A DNA stretch of 64,000 bases from Pseudomonadota bacterium (GTDB lineage Bacteria > Pseudomonadota > Alphaproteobacteria > Paracaedibacterales > CAITNM01), in assembly GCA_018062345.1 (NCBI GenBank), contig JAGOSL010000001.1, positions 39,245 through 103,244 of the forward strand, written 5' to 3'. Numbering within the stretch: the first letter of the stretch is position 1; each line of letters begins with the position of its first letter. A program made the position numbers and the translations under genes. Shown piece by piece: positions 1 through 8,376 of this stretch. Below the pieces are notes generated by a model. It was not told where the DNA came from. It did not search any database and saw nothing but the letters and a program-made list of their open reading frames with translations.

Positions 1-831
1 ACGGAAAGGTTCTGAGCGAACGTCAATACAAAAAACCAATTGGGCTTCTGGCGTGCTTGGAGTTTTGATGCTTTGTTTTGCTAAATTTTGAAGCAGTTTT
101 TGTCTATACGTTTTTTCTGTTGCTTGTATGGTTTCTAACCGGTCACCTTTCGACTGAGATTTAGTGATTATTTCTTTGTGGAAATCTATCAGCTTTTTGC
201 CTTCTGGCCAAAGTAAAGTGGTTATAATAAGCCGTATAGCCAGATAATCATTTTGACAAATAGGATTAGAACGATAGGTATCTAATGCTGCCCATTCAGT
301 GCGGTATTTTATGTATGCTGACCATCCTGGTAGTGTTGTAAGCAGAAGAGTTAAAAATTGATTTGTCTCTTCTTTTTTAATATTCAGGTATTTTAGACAT
401 TCAATAATTGCTTGTTCTGCATTTTTGGGTAACTTTTTAAGCCATTCTTTTTTTTGCTTATCATTCTTGTGCAAGTTTGTATCGTATAAAGCCAGTTTTT
501 TCCATGATGGATAGAACCCCAGGTATTTTAGAGGCATAGTTATAGTTGCTTGTCCTTCATCAAGATAAACCTGTAACCATTTGATTGTTTCACGATTTAC
601 CGCTTCCATCTCTTTTGGGATTTCTTGTTGCTGAAAGTAAGTTGCCGCTGTTTCTAGGGCTTCTTCTATGGCTAAATCTTCAAAACCTTGAAGAGGATTA
701 ACCGCAATCAGGTTTTTTAGTGGCCAGAAAGGCGCAATTTTTGAGAAACTTTTGTTAACCGTTCCAGATATATCGTTTATGTAATTATGTTCGTTAAAGT
801 ATTCGTATTTGCATGTTGCTTTTTGTGTCAT
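1..831 (-). CDS. dabA: DabA-like (DUF2309) subunit of a DAB inorganic-carbon pump; 5' part only, gene runs off the window start
   Basis: Not in ORF track (edge-truncated). Own translation of the minus strand from ATG 831-829 is open to position 1: MTQKATCKYEYFNEHNYINDISGTVNKSFSKIAPFWPLKNLIAVNPLQGFEDL...EAQLVFCIDVRSEPFR. FWPLxNxIAVNPL and CIDVRSE are motifs I associate with DUF2309. Starts 7 nt after the stop of the NuoL-like gene. Confidence 0.75.
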   Translation of the reverse strand, partial: MTQKATCKYEYFNEHNYINDISGTVNKSFSKIAPFWPLKNLIAVNPLQGFEDLAIEEALETAATYFQQQEIPKEMEAVNRETIKWLQVYLDEGQATITMPLKYLGFYPSWKKLALYDTNLHKNDKQKKEWLKKLPKNAEQAIIECLKYLNIKKEETNQFLTLLLTTLPGWSAYIKYRTEWAALDTYRSNPICQNDYLAIRLIITTLLWPEGKKLIDFHKEIITKSQSKGDRLETIQATEKTYRQKLLQNLAKQSIKTPSTPEAQLVFCIDVRSEPFR

Positions 832-838
832 GTTCTGC

Positions 839-2188
839 TCACTGGTAGTTATAGTGGTTGCGATGCGTAGTTACTGTATTCGGGTGAGGTTGGCTGAAGT
901 TAAGTGCAGTTACATAACATCGAAGCATCAGGGGAGAAAAGCTTGTGGTTTTTTCTTTATTTCGAACTAATAGTATTAATAGCCAAGCAGCGCTGAATAA
1001 AATTATTCCCAATATGTGAGCCCAATTAATAGGCTGAGGATCCATTAAATATAGTGGTTTTATTACCCACGTAACGAATTGTACGCTAAATCCGTAAGAT
1101 AAACCGGCTAGCAGCGTTGCCACTAATGCCAGCAGAAATCTTTTTATGCTTATTTTTCCAAGCATAGAGATGGCAAGCTGACTAGTGGCAAGAAAGGATA
1201 CAACCATTAGTACAAGAGTGGTATCACTTACTAACCATGACTTGCTGCTAGCGTAGCCAAAACTAACGCTTCCTGCTGCCCCACATAATAATCCGCAAAT
1301 AAAAGTGATTAGATTTATAGGTTGATTCAAATCGAAGCGTTTTTCTTGTGCTGCGGATCCGCTGGAAAGAAAGAGATAAGCTTTGAACAGGCTATGCCAC
1401 ACTAAATGCGCTACTGCTGCAGGAAATAATCCTAGTCCGCACTGGGCAAGCATGAATCCCATCTGTGCCATGGTTGAGCAGGCAAGCATTCTTTTTATAT
1501 CGCTTTGCATTAATTTCCATAGGGTTCCGATGAGGGCAGTTGTGATTCCGATAAGGAATATGCAGGTAAGTAGATCTGGATGTTGCAAATAAAGAGGGGA
1601 AAAGCGAACCAAGATAATGCCGCTTCCATTTACTAAACCGGCGTGCATGATGGCAGAAACTGGAGTAGGTGAATTTAATGAACTAATTAACCAACGATTG
1701 AATGGCCATATGCCTGATTGGGTCATGGCACCTATTGATATCAATATTAAAGCAATTATTGTAGAGATAGATTCAAGATTTTGACCTTGGTTTAGAATAG
1801 CTTTTATGCTGGTTTCTTTGGTCTTTAAATAAAATATTATAAATGCAGTTCCTATTGAGAGCGCGCCCAGCCCATAGTTTTTTAAAGCAAGAATTCCTGA
1901 ATTTTTTGCAGCTTTCCAGCTTGCCTTGTGGATCATTAGAAAAGCCAGTGTTACATTGCTTAAACACCATGAAGAAAATAGAATTGCTAGATTATCTGTA
2001 CTTACTGTAATTGATACTGAAAAAATAAGCAGAGTGAGCTGAATGCAAAACAAGTGGTACTTTTTATCACCCCTCATGTACCTAGAAGAAAAACTAAATA
2101 CGCACAATCCAATAAAAACAACCAAAACAATCATAATTTTTGCAAATTCATCTAGATTGTCAGGTAAGTATAAAAATTTATTTATCAT
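839..2188 (-). CDS. dabB: DabB-like proton-conducting membrane subunit (NuoL/MrpD, Proton_antipo_M family)
   Basis: 449-aa polytopic membrane protein with NuoL/M/N-type motifs (AIMHAGLVNGSG..., STMAQMGFMLAQCGLG...AHLVWHSLFKAYLFLSSGSA). Immediately upstream of, and co-oriented with, the DUF2309 gene, which is the diagnostic DAB pairing. Confidence 0.7.
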   Translation of the reverse strand: MINKFLYLPDNLDEFAKIMIVLVVFIGLCVFSFSSRYMRGDKKYHLFCIQLTLLIFSVSITVSTDNLAILFSSWCLSNVTLAFLMIHKASWKAAKNSGILALKNYGLGALSIGTAFIIFYLKTKETSIKAILNQGQNLESISTIIALILISIGAMTQSGIWPFNRWLISSLNSPTPVSAIMHAGLVNGSGIILVRFSPLYLQHPDLLTCIFLIGITTALIGTLWKLMQSDIKRMLACSTMAQMGFMLAQCGLGLFPAAVAHLVWHSLFKAYLFLSSGSAAQEKRFDLNQPINLITFICGLLCGAAGSVSFGYASSKSWLVSDTTLVLMVVSFLATSQLAISMLGKISIKRFLLALVATLLAGLSYGFSVQFVTWVIKPLYLMDPQPINWAHILGIILFSAAWLLILLVRNKEKTTSFSPLMLRCYVTALNFSQPHPNTVTTHRNHYNYQ

Positions 2189-2279
2189 GTAAAATCTTTC
2201 TTACAGCAAATTTTTGGAAGGTTGATTTATACTATCGATCTGCATAAAATAAGAAAAATTAATTTTTTTTATTTTTGGT

Positions 2280-2294
2280 ATTAGATAGTCTAAT
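2280..2294. promoter_or_regulatory. Candidate LysR-type (T-N11-A) box ATTAGA-TAG-TCTAAT
   Basis: Perfect 6-bp dyad with 3-bp spacer in the dabB/lysR divergent region. It overlaps the likely ATG (2293) of the LysR gene and lies about 95 bp from the dabB start. Short AT-rich dyads also occur by chance. Confidence 0.25.
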
Positions 2295-3135
2295 GAATAT
2301 AGATACAATTTCAATGCAATGTTTTATTGCTGTGGCAGAAACTGGAAGTTTTACGAAAGCTGCAGAGAGCGTAGGGCGTACCCAGTCTGCTGTTAGCCAG
2401 CAGATCAATAAATTAGAGTTTATGCTGGGTAAGTGCCTTTTGGTACGTGGTAAAACTTTTGCTCTTACTACTGAAGGGGAAATTTTTCTGAGCTATGCTA
2501 GGCAGATTTTTTCTTTGCACAGAGAAGTTATGGGTAGGTTTAAGGAGCCAGATTTAGAAGGTGAGGTAAGCTTTGGGCTGCCAGAGAATTTTGCAAGTGT
2601 TTACCTTTCAGAAGTTTTGGCTGATTTCTCACGCCTTCACCCTCGTATTTTCCTTAATATTGAATGCGATTTAACGCTTAACCTTTTTGAAAAATTCAAA
2701 AATAAAGAGCTTGATATTGTGTTGGTAAAAATGAATAGGCCAGAAGATTTTCCAAATGGTGTGTATGTGTGGTCTGAGCCCTTGAGATGGGTTGGGGACT
2801 GCAATCTAATATCTTGTGATAAGCCTGTTCCTTTAGTTTTATCGCCAAATCCTTGTGTTTATAGGGCCTCGGCCCTAAAAGCTTTAGAAGCTGAGGGTAG
2901 GGCTTGGCGTTTGGTTTTTTCAAGCACAAGTTATACTAGTACTGTTGCTTCTGTTAAAGCAGGAATGGGAATTACTGTGATGCCGTATACAATGATTCCT
3001 AATGGATTGCAGCCAGTAGATGCAGCATTATTGCCAAATCTTCCCGATACCCATGTTTCATTGCTGAAGCATAAAGCAGACAATCCAGCCATTAATACAT
3101 TAGAGGAATTTGTGCTGAAAAAATTAAAGCATTAA
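2293..3135 (+). CDS. LysR-family transcriptional regulator
   Basis: N-terminal HTH FIAVAETGSFTKAAESVGRTQSAVSQQINKLE plus a LysR substrate-binding-like C-terminus. The track ORF starts at TTG 2275; ATG 2293 (MNIDTISMQCF...) fits the usual LTTR N-terminal length. Divergent from dabBA. Confidence 0.85.
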   Translation: MNIDTISMQCFIAVAETGSFTKAAESVGRTQSAVSQQINKLEFMLGKCLLVRGKTFALTTEGEIFLSYARQIFSLHREVMGRFKEPDLEGEVSFGLPENFASVYLSEVLADFSRLHPRIFLNIECDLTLNLFEKFKNKELDIVLVKMNRPEDFPNGVYVWSEPLRWVGDCNLISCDKPVPLVLSPNPCVYRASALKALEAEGRAWRLVFSSTSYTSTVASVKAGMGITVMPYTMIPNGLQPVDAALLPNLPDTHVSLLKHKADNPAINTLEEFVLKKLKH

Positions 3136-3253
3136 TTTTTAAGAAGTCGCAGATCTGTTTTTGGTTTTTTAAATTTTAAATAAAAAAATACATTTTATTT
3201 ATGTATAATTATAATTTTGTTAATTTATAGTTAATATTAATTTAATTATATTT

Positions 3254-3293
3254 CTGTAATATAAAAAGCATTATTAGTGTTTTTATATTACAG
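3254..3293. promoter_or_regulatory. Perfect 14-bp inverted repeat (CTGTAATATAAAAA-N12-TTTTTATATTACAG) abutting the SD of the NHL-repeat gene
   Basis: Arms at 3254-3267 and 3280-3293 are exact reverse complements. GAGGA SD at 3293-3297, ATG at 3303. Confidence 0.35.
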
Positions 3294-3302
3294 AGGAATA
3301 TC

Positions 3303-4940
3303 ATGAAAAACTTTAAATACTGCATGGCTTTTGTGTTGGTTTTATCAGCAAGCCTTAGCGCAAGTTACGAGGTGGAAACTGTTGCGGGCCTTGCGGGAGC
3401 TTATGCCCATACAGATGGGGTTGGAACAGCAGCACGTTTTAAACGTCCAGGTATGATGTCGATTGACCTTTCAACAGGCAATTTATTAGAGCCAGATGAA
3501 GATAGCAATATTCGACAAATTACAACTGCTGGTGGGATATATACGGTATCGACTCTGTTTAACTATAATGTTGGAAGTCCCCCCGTGCAAGCCGTTTGTA
3601 CTTATATAACTAGCGATGGAACTTCTTCTATTCTAACGACCGACCAATATTCCCATCTGTATCAATGGATAGAATCAGGCGGAACATACGTTTATAACAC
3701 ATCTTTGGATGCGGTATCCGTCACTGATGCGTATGACGGTTATGGCCTTGTGATTGATAGTAATAATAACATTTTTATGGCTGACGCTTACGAGCAGGTT
3801 ATTTATAAAATTTTACCTAATGGTTCATATTCCTTTTTTGCGGGTCAAGCTTTTTCATCTGGTTCTGCTGATGGTACGGGATCTGCTGCTAAATTTAATG
3901 GTCTTACAGGTATTACCATCGATAGCTCAGGTAATTTATATGTTTCAGACACGAAAAATAACACTATTCGCAAAATCACCCCAGCTGGGGTTGTGACTAC
4001 CATTGCTGGTTTGGCGGGTTCGTCTGGTTCTAGTAATGGTGTGGGATCTGCAGCACGATTTAATAGCCCTTGGGATATTGATATTGATGCAGAAGGAAAC
4101 CTTTATGTAGCTGACCGAGGGAATAATTTGATTCGTAAACTTACTAATAATGGTGGGATTTATACTGTATCAACTATTGCTGGTTTGGCGGGTTCATCTG
4201 GTTCTAGTGATGGTGTGGGATCTGCAGCACGATTTAATGCACCAACAGGGCTTGCGGTTGACAGATTTGGAAGTATATTTGTAAGTGATACAAATAATAG
4301 TACTATCCGTAGGGTTTTCCTGCCAGTTCTTGAGATAGACTTCACAAATGGTGCACAATTAACAGCACCAATCACAGGCGGACTAAAGTTTGCGGGAACC
4401 GGAGATTGTACATTCTTAGGAAGTGCAACAGCTGGAATTGAAATAAACCAAGGTAATATAAAAGTTGCCAGCGCAATACCTTTTGGGGTGTGGGGAGTAG
4501 AAATGACTGGTGGTAGTCTAGAAGCAACTGCTCCAATGACTTTCCCAGCTCTTACTTTGATAAGCGATACCACTGTTAAAGCTGATACAAACAATGTCCA
4601 TGTAGCAACTGCAGGTGGTAGTGGTGAATTAACACTTACAGGTCTTGACGGTTCTGAAGTAATTTATTTAGATGCTATCGCATCAGCTGGTGGGGTAAAT
4701 TCTGCGGCTAATCCAGTACATTTATCAATGCTTACAAATCTGCATACAAACGTAGGAACATTTAATGCATTGTATTTGGATTCATTACCAGGTAGCAATG
4801 TGTACGGAAGTGGTGCGGTAACAGCTTCAGAAGTTGTTGTGGGAGTTAATATTCCAGCAGGAGCATTTCCTGGAACATTAACAACTCAGAAAATTGTACT
4901 TGGATCACATAGCATTAGCCAAGCAGTGATTGCTAACTAA
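3303..4940 (+). CDS. Secreted NHL-repeat beta-propeller protein with a C-terminal G/T/A-rich domain
   Basis: Signal peptide MKNFKYCMAFVLVLSASLSA. Repeated blades of the type GSADGTGSAAKFNGLTGITIDSSGNLYVSDTKNNTIRKITPAGVVTTIAG (NHL-like). GAGGA SD 5 nt upstream. Confidence 0.7.
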   Translation: MKNFKYCMAFVLVLSASLSASYEVETVAGLAGAYAHTDGVGTAARFKRPGMMSIDLSTGNLLEPDEDSNIRQITTAGGIYTVSTLFNYNVGSPPVQAVCTYITSDGTSSILTTDQYSHLYQWIESGGTYVYNTSLDAVSVTDAYDGYGLVIDSNNNIFMADAYEQVIYKILPNGSYSFFAGQAFSSGSADGTGSAAKFNGLTGITIDSSGNLYVSDTKNNTIRKITPAGVVTTIAGLAGSSGSSNGVGSAARFNSPWDIDIDAEGNLYVADRGNNLIRKLTNNGGIYTVSTIAGLAGSSGSSDGVGSAARFNAPTGLAVDRFGSIFVSDTNNSTIRRVFLPVLEIDFTNGAQLTAPITGGLKFAGTGDCTFLGSATAGIEINQGNIKVASAIPFGVWGVEMTGGSLEATAPMTFPALTLISDTTVKADTNNVHVATAGGSGELTLTGLDGSEVIYLDAIASAGGVNSAANPVHLSMLTNLHTNVGTFNALYLDSLPGSNVYGSGAVTASEVVVGVNIPAGAFPGTLTTQKIVLGSHSISQAVIAN

Positions 4941-4962
4941 TTCCTAAAGTGCAAAAATACTT

Positions 4963-4999
4963 ATCCCCAGTCAGACTTAATTTTACTGGGGATTTTTAT
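4963..4999. terminator. Rho-independent terminator between convergent genes
   Basis: ATCCCCAGT-N13-ACTGGGGAT, a perfect 9-bp stem, followed by TTTTTATTT. Confidence 0.6.
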
Positions 5000-5003
5000 T
5001 TGC

Positions 5004-5714
5004 CTAAATTTCAAATCCGGCGGATTTTGCGTCATTAAAAAAGGTATTTACAGTTTCTAGGCTGCACTCGAATAAATCTTTATTGTGGTGCTCGAGCTTG
5101 TTTAAGATGTCTAGGGGGGCGGTAATGATATCGCAGTTGGCTTGTTCTGCTTGGAAAATGTTTAGTGTTTCGCGTGTGCTTGCCCACAATAACTCACAAG
5201 ACTGACGGGTTTTTATTATATCTTTAGATTGCTTCATGATTGGCATTGGATCGCGGCCAGTATCAGCAATGCGGCCTGCAAAAACAGAAACAATGGAAGG
5301 TGTGCCATTATGAAGATTTTTCACAACTTCTTGAACCTGTTCAAGGGTGAAAATGGCAGTTACATTAAGCTTCACCTCTTTTTCGGAAAGTTCTTTAATA
5401 ACTTTTGCAGTGGATTCGCCTTGAGTATTGATAACTGGGATTTTGACATAAATATTTTTGCCCCAGGAGGCTATTTTAAGGCCTTGTTCGATCATGCCTT
5501 GATGATCATCAGCAAAAATTTCAAATGAGATAGGCTTATCGCCAATTAACTGCAGGGATTTAAGGGCGAATTCTTTGTAGTTTGTGGTGCCAGATTTACG
5601 CATAAGGCTTGGGTTTGTGGTGAAGCCCTTAATCCAATCAAGCTTCGCCATTTTTTCCATGACGTTTAGGTCTGCTCCATCAACATAAAGTTGCACTTTT
5701 AAATTTGGCTGCAT
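5004..5714 (-). CDS. tal: Transaldolase / fructose-6-phosphate aldolase family (short type)
   Basis: 236 aa. ...LYVDGADLNVMEKMAKLDWIKGFTTNPSLMRKSG...YVKIPV...LNVTAIF... matches short transaldolase-family sequence features. Confidence 0.75.
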   Translation of the reverse strand: MQPNLKVQLYVDGADLNVMEKMAKLDWIKGFTTNPSLMRKSGTTNYKEFALKSLQLIGDKPISFEIFADDHQGMIEQGLKIASWGKNIYVKIPVINTQGESTAKVIKELSEKEVKLNVTAIFTLEQVQEVVKNLHNGTPSIVSVFAGRIADTGRDPMPIMKQSKDIIKTRQSCELLWASTRETLNIFQAEQANCDIITAPLDILNKLEHHNKDLFECSLETVNTFFNDAKSAGFEI

Positions 5715-5796
5715 GAGTTTCAGTTTCTTTTTTATATTGAGATAAAGATTAGCACACTAGATAAGATATTTGGAATTAGTGTTTAAAGGTAAGATT

Positions 5797-5816
5797 CTGA
5801 GGGAAAAGTCCCTCAG
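5797..5816 (-). terminator. Hairpin downstream of greA
   Basis: CTGAGGGA-AAAG-TCCCTCAG, a perfect 8-bp stem 4 nt after the greA stop. The T-tract on the minus strand is weak. Confidence 0.35.
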
Positions 5817-5819
5817 TAC

Positions 5820-6296
5820 CTAAATGTATTCGATTTTTTTAATGTTGTAGCCTTTGCCGCCACTTGGGGTGACAACTTCAACAGAAGTGTCTACTTTTTT
5901 TCCAATTAGAGCGCGTGCCAAGGGTGATGTGATGGATAGTAATCCCTTTTTTATGTCAGATTCGTCGCTGCCAACAATTTGGTATACAACAATTTCGTCA
6001 CTATCATCGTCGTGCAGTGTTACAGTTGCGCCAAATTTAACGTAGTCGCCTGTAATTTTTGATGGCTCAATAACATCAGCTCGGCTTACTTTATCTTCTA
6101 ATTCTGAAATTCTTCCTTCGATGAAACCTTGACGTTCTCGGGCTGCGTGGTATTCAGCATTTTCAGAAAGATCACCATGTTCGCGTGCATCTGCGATTGC
6201 CTTGATAACAGAAGGGCGCTCAATAGTTTTTAAATGGCTCAGCTCTTGTTCAAGGAGAGTAAATCCTTGTTGAGTCATTGGTATCTTTTTTTCCAT
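5820..6296 (-). CDS. greA: Transcription elongation factor GreA
   Basis: [23 protein letters not shown]...[29 protein letters not shown]... is a classic GreA N-terminal coiled coil plus C-terminal domain. I place the start at Met12 of the track ORF, by analogy to the GreA N-terminus. Confidence 0.9.
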   Translation of the reverse strand: MEKKIPMTQQGFTLLEQELSHLKTIERPSVIKAIADAREHGDLSENAEYHAARERQGFIEGRISELEDKVSRADVIEPSKITGDYVKFGATVTLHDDDSDEIVVYQIVGSDESDIKKGLLSITSPLARALIGKKVDTSVEVVTPSGGKGYNIKKIEYI

Positions 6297-6420
6297 AACA
6301 ACCCTATTTTTTTTAATACAGGTATCCATTATAGCAAAAACAGGCCAGTTGTTCTAATTTATAAAATTATTTATGAAGCAAGAGTAACTTTTATGATAAA
6401 AATGCAACATTTTGTGAATT

Positions 6421-8376
6421 TCACTGATGATTTTTGTGCGGAACGGGCTTTGTAATCCAATCGATAGTTTCATAGTGTTCATTAGGAATAAACAAAGCAG
6501 CGTAAACAGCGGCATTTTCTAGAACGCGATGGATGTAATTTCTGGTTTCGCCGAAGGAAATACTTTCAATCCAATTAAGCCAATCTCCGGTTTCGCGGGG
6601 ATCACCGAAAAGCTTTATCCATTCGTTAGCATTTGAATCACCAGCATTATATGCAGCGAGGGCTAAAACCAAAAACCCTTTGTATTTTTCAAGGTGTTGA
6701 AGTAAGTGTGTTGTGCCAAGAGTCACGTTAACGCGTCTGTCATGGATACCGCCTGGAATGCTTGTTAAGCCATAACGGGGGGCTAGCTTGCGCATTGCTT
6801 TGGCGGTACCATCCATTAGTTGCATAAGCCCTTTGGCTTGAGCTGTGCTGATAGCGGTTTCGTTAAAATTACTTTCTTGGCGAATAATGCCATGAGCAAA
6901 GCACTGAATTAGTGGTGGAAGTTTTGAAAAAATATTTTTGCGTAAGCGTTCGTCAAGTTTAGGGTATCCGTATTTAGTAATTACCATTCCAAGATATTGG
7001 GATTTTTTAGCAACAAAAACGCTTAGATAAGTTCCGCCTAATTGATGTGCGAATTCTGTGATAAGTATTTCTTCACCGGGTACACCTAGTTGTGTGCTTG
7101 CAAAATTAAGTAGTGTTAATTGCAAGTCAACGGGTAAATTTTCTCCGTAGGCCTTTAAGCACTGGATAATAAAGCGGTTATTAAACATGGTTTTTGCTTC
7201 TTCAGAAACAGCAGGTCTACCTTCAAAATTAATTATTTGCTTTTCTTCATCTGTGCCTTTTAGTCGTGAAATGGCGATTTGACCATAAAAAGTTGCAGGA
7301 AGAGCTGCAGCCTTTTTGTAGAATTCTTTAGCGCGATCTTTCTCATTGATTGCTGTTAGTGCTTCTGCAGCCCAGAAAGCCATGCGTGCTTTGCTAACTG
7401 GCATGCCCACGTTAGCGTGGAGTTCGATGAACCTGTTGGCTGCTTTTTCTTTCTGATCAAGTTTTGTTAGTTCAATCCACCCTAGCATCCACTCAGCATT
7501 TACAAAGGATTCCCCTTTTTTTAGAGCGTGGCCTGAGATTAGGCTGTATGCTTTGTTCCAATTGCCTTCTTCCATCATGCGTCGTGCTAAAATATTACGT
7601 TCGTTCCACCAGGGCGCAGGAGTTTCTATTTCAGCATTTCTTTTTAGTGATTTTAAAAGAGCAATGGCTTCTGCTGTTTTGTGTTGTTTTCTGTAGTAAC
7701 GTACTACGTCAAATAGTACGTTTGGATTGTTTTTATAATGGACAAGTGCTGTTTTAGCGGATTTTGCAGAATTTGCATTATTTTTTTGAATATTCATGCG
7801 AAACTGTGCGATTTTTTTTGTTGGCGCATCTACATACTGCAGAAAGTTTTGCGCATGTTCATGTTTTTCTTGGCTTAAGAGTGCTTCAAGCTTTTTGTTA
7901 TAATCGGCCTTTTTGAGATAAGGTTTTGCTACCTGGATTAGTTCCCTTATTTCATTTTTAGTGAAGTCAAGTTCAAGCCAATATCGCTGAATAATAGTAT
8001 GAATTTGATCATGTTTGGCTGTTTCAAGTAATGCTTTGACAAAAGCAATGAGCCCTTTTCCTGTTAGTACAGGGTTAAATTCAAAATAGCGTATGACTTT
8101 TTCTTGTGAATCTACGTTGTAGTATGCGGCTTCTTCAGCACGTTTTCTAATGTGATCAAGAGGGAATTTTCCAGAGAAAGCATGAATAAATTTTCGGTAT
8201 TGGCGAAAGGTTTCTGTAACTTGTGAATCTTGATAATTATGCCAGGCTTTAATAGCGTCATGTGGAGACATATTCATATAATCTGGGTCCTTTGCAAAGA
8301 GCAGTAAACAGAAGATATTGGCTAATAAAATCCTATAGGTTAAGGTATAGCCAGTTAATAAAAAGGATTTTATCAT
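6421..8376 (-). CDS. slt: Soluble lytic murein transglycosylase (Slt70-like)
   Basis: C-terminal SLT domain (IIRQESNFNETAISTAQAKGLMQLMDGTA...AAYNAG) after a long helical superhelix region. Start set at Met25 (MIKSFLLTGYTLTYRILLANIFCLLLFA, signal-like), because the longer ORF overlaps dapA. Confidence 0.8.
   Translation of the reverse strand: MIKSFLLTGYTLTYRILLANIFCLLLFAKDPDYMNMSPHDAIKAWHNYQDSQVTETFRQYRKFIHAFSGKFPLDHIRKRAEEAAYYNVDSQEKVIRYFEFNPVLTGKGLIAFVKALLETAKHDQIHTIIQRYWLELDFTKNEIRELIQVAKPYLKKADYNKKLEALLSQEKHEHAQNFLQYVDAPTKKIAQFRMNIQKNNANSAKSAKTALVHYKNNPNVLFDVVRYYRKQHKTAEAIALLKSLKRNAEIETPAPWWNERNILARRMMEEGNWNKAYSLISGHALKKGESFVNAEWMLGWIELTKLDQKEKAANRFIELHANVGMPVSKARMAFWAAEALTAINEKDRAKEFYKKAAALPATFYGQIAISRLKGTDEEKQIINFEGRPAVSEEAKTMFNNRFIIQCLKAYGENLPVDLQLTLLNFASTQLGVPGEEILITEFAHQLGGTYLSVFVAKKSQYLGMVITKYGYPKLDERLRKNIFSKLPPLIQCFAHGIIRQESNFNETAISTAQAKGLMQLMDGTAKAMRKLAPRYGLTSIPGGIHDRRVNVTLGTTHLLQHLEKYKGFLVLALAAYNAGDSNANEWIKLFGDPRETGDWLNWIESISFGETRNYIHRVLENAAVYAALFIPNEHYETIDWITKPVPHKNHQ

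Noticed and set aside
2221-2250. ATCGAT-centred sequence TTATACTATCGATCTGCATAA as the LysR operator
   Set aside because: Only the central 6 bp are actually palindromic. The flanks do not pair when centred correctly.
4160-4594. 144-aa minus-strand ORF
   Set aside because: It is antisense to the NHL-repeat gene. G/S/A codon repeats keep the opposite strand open.
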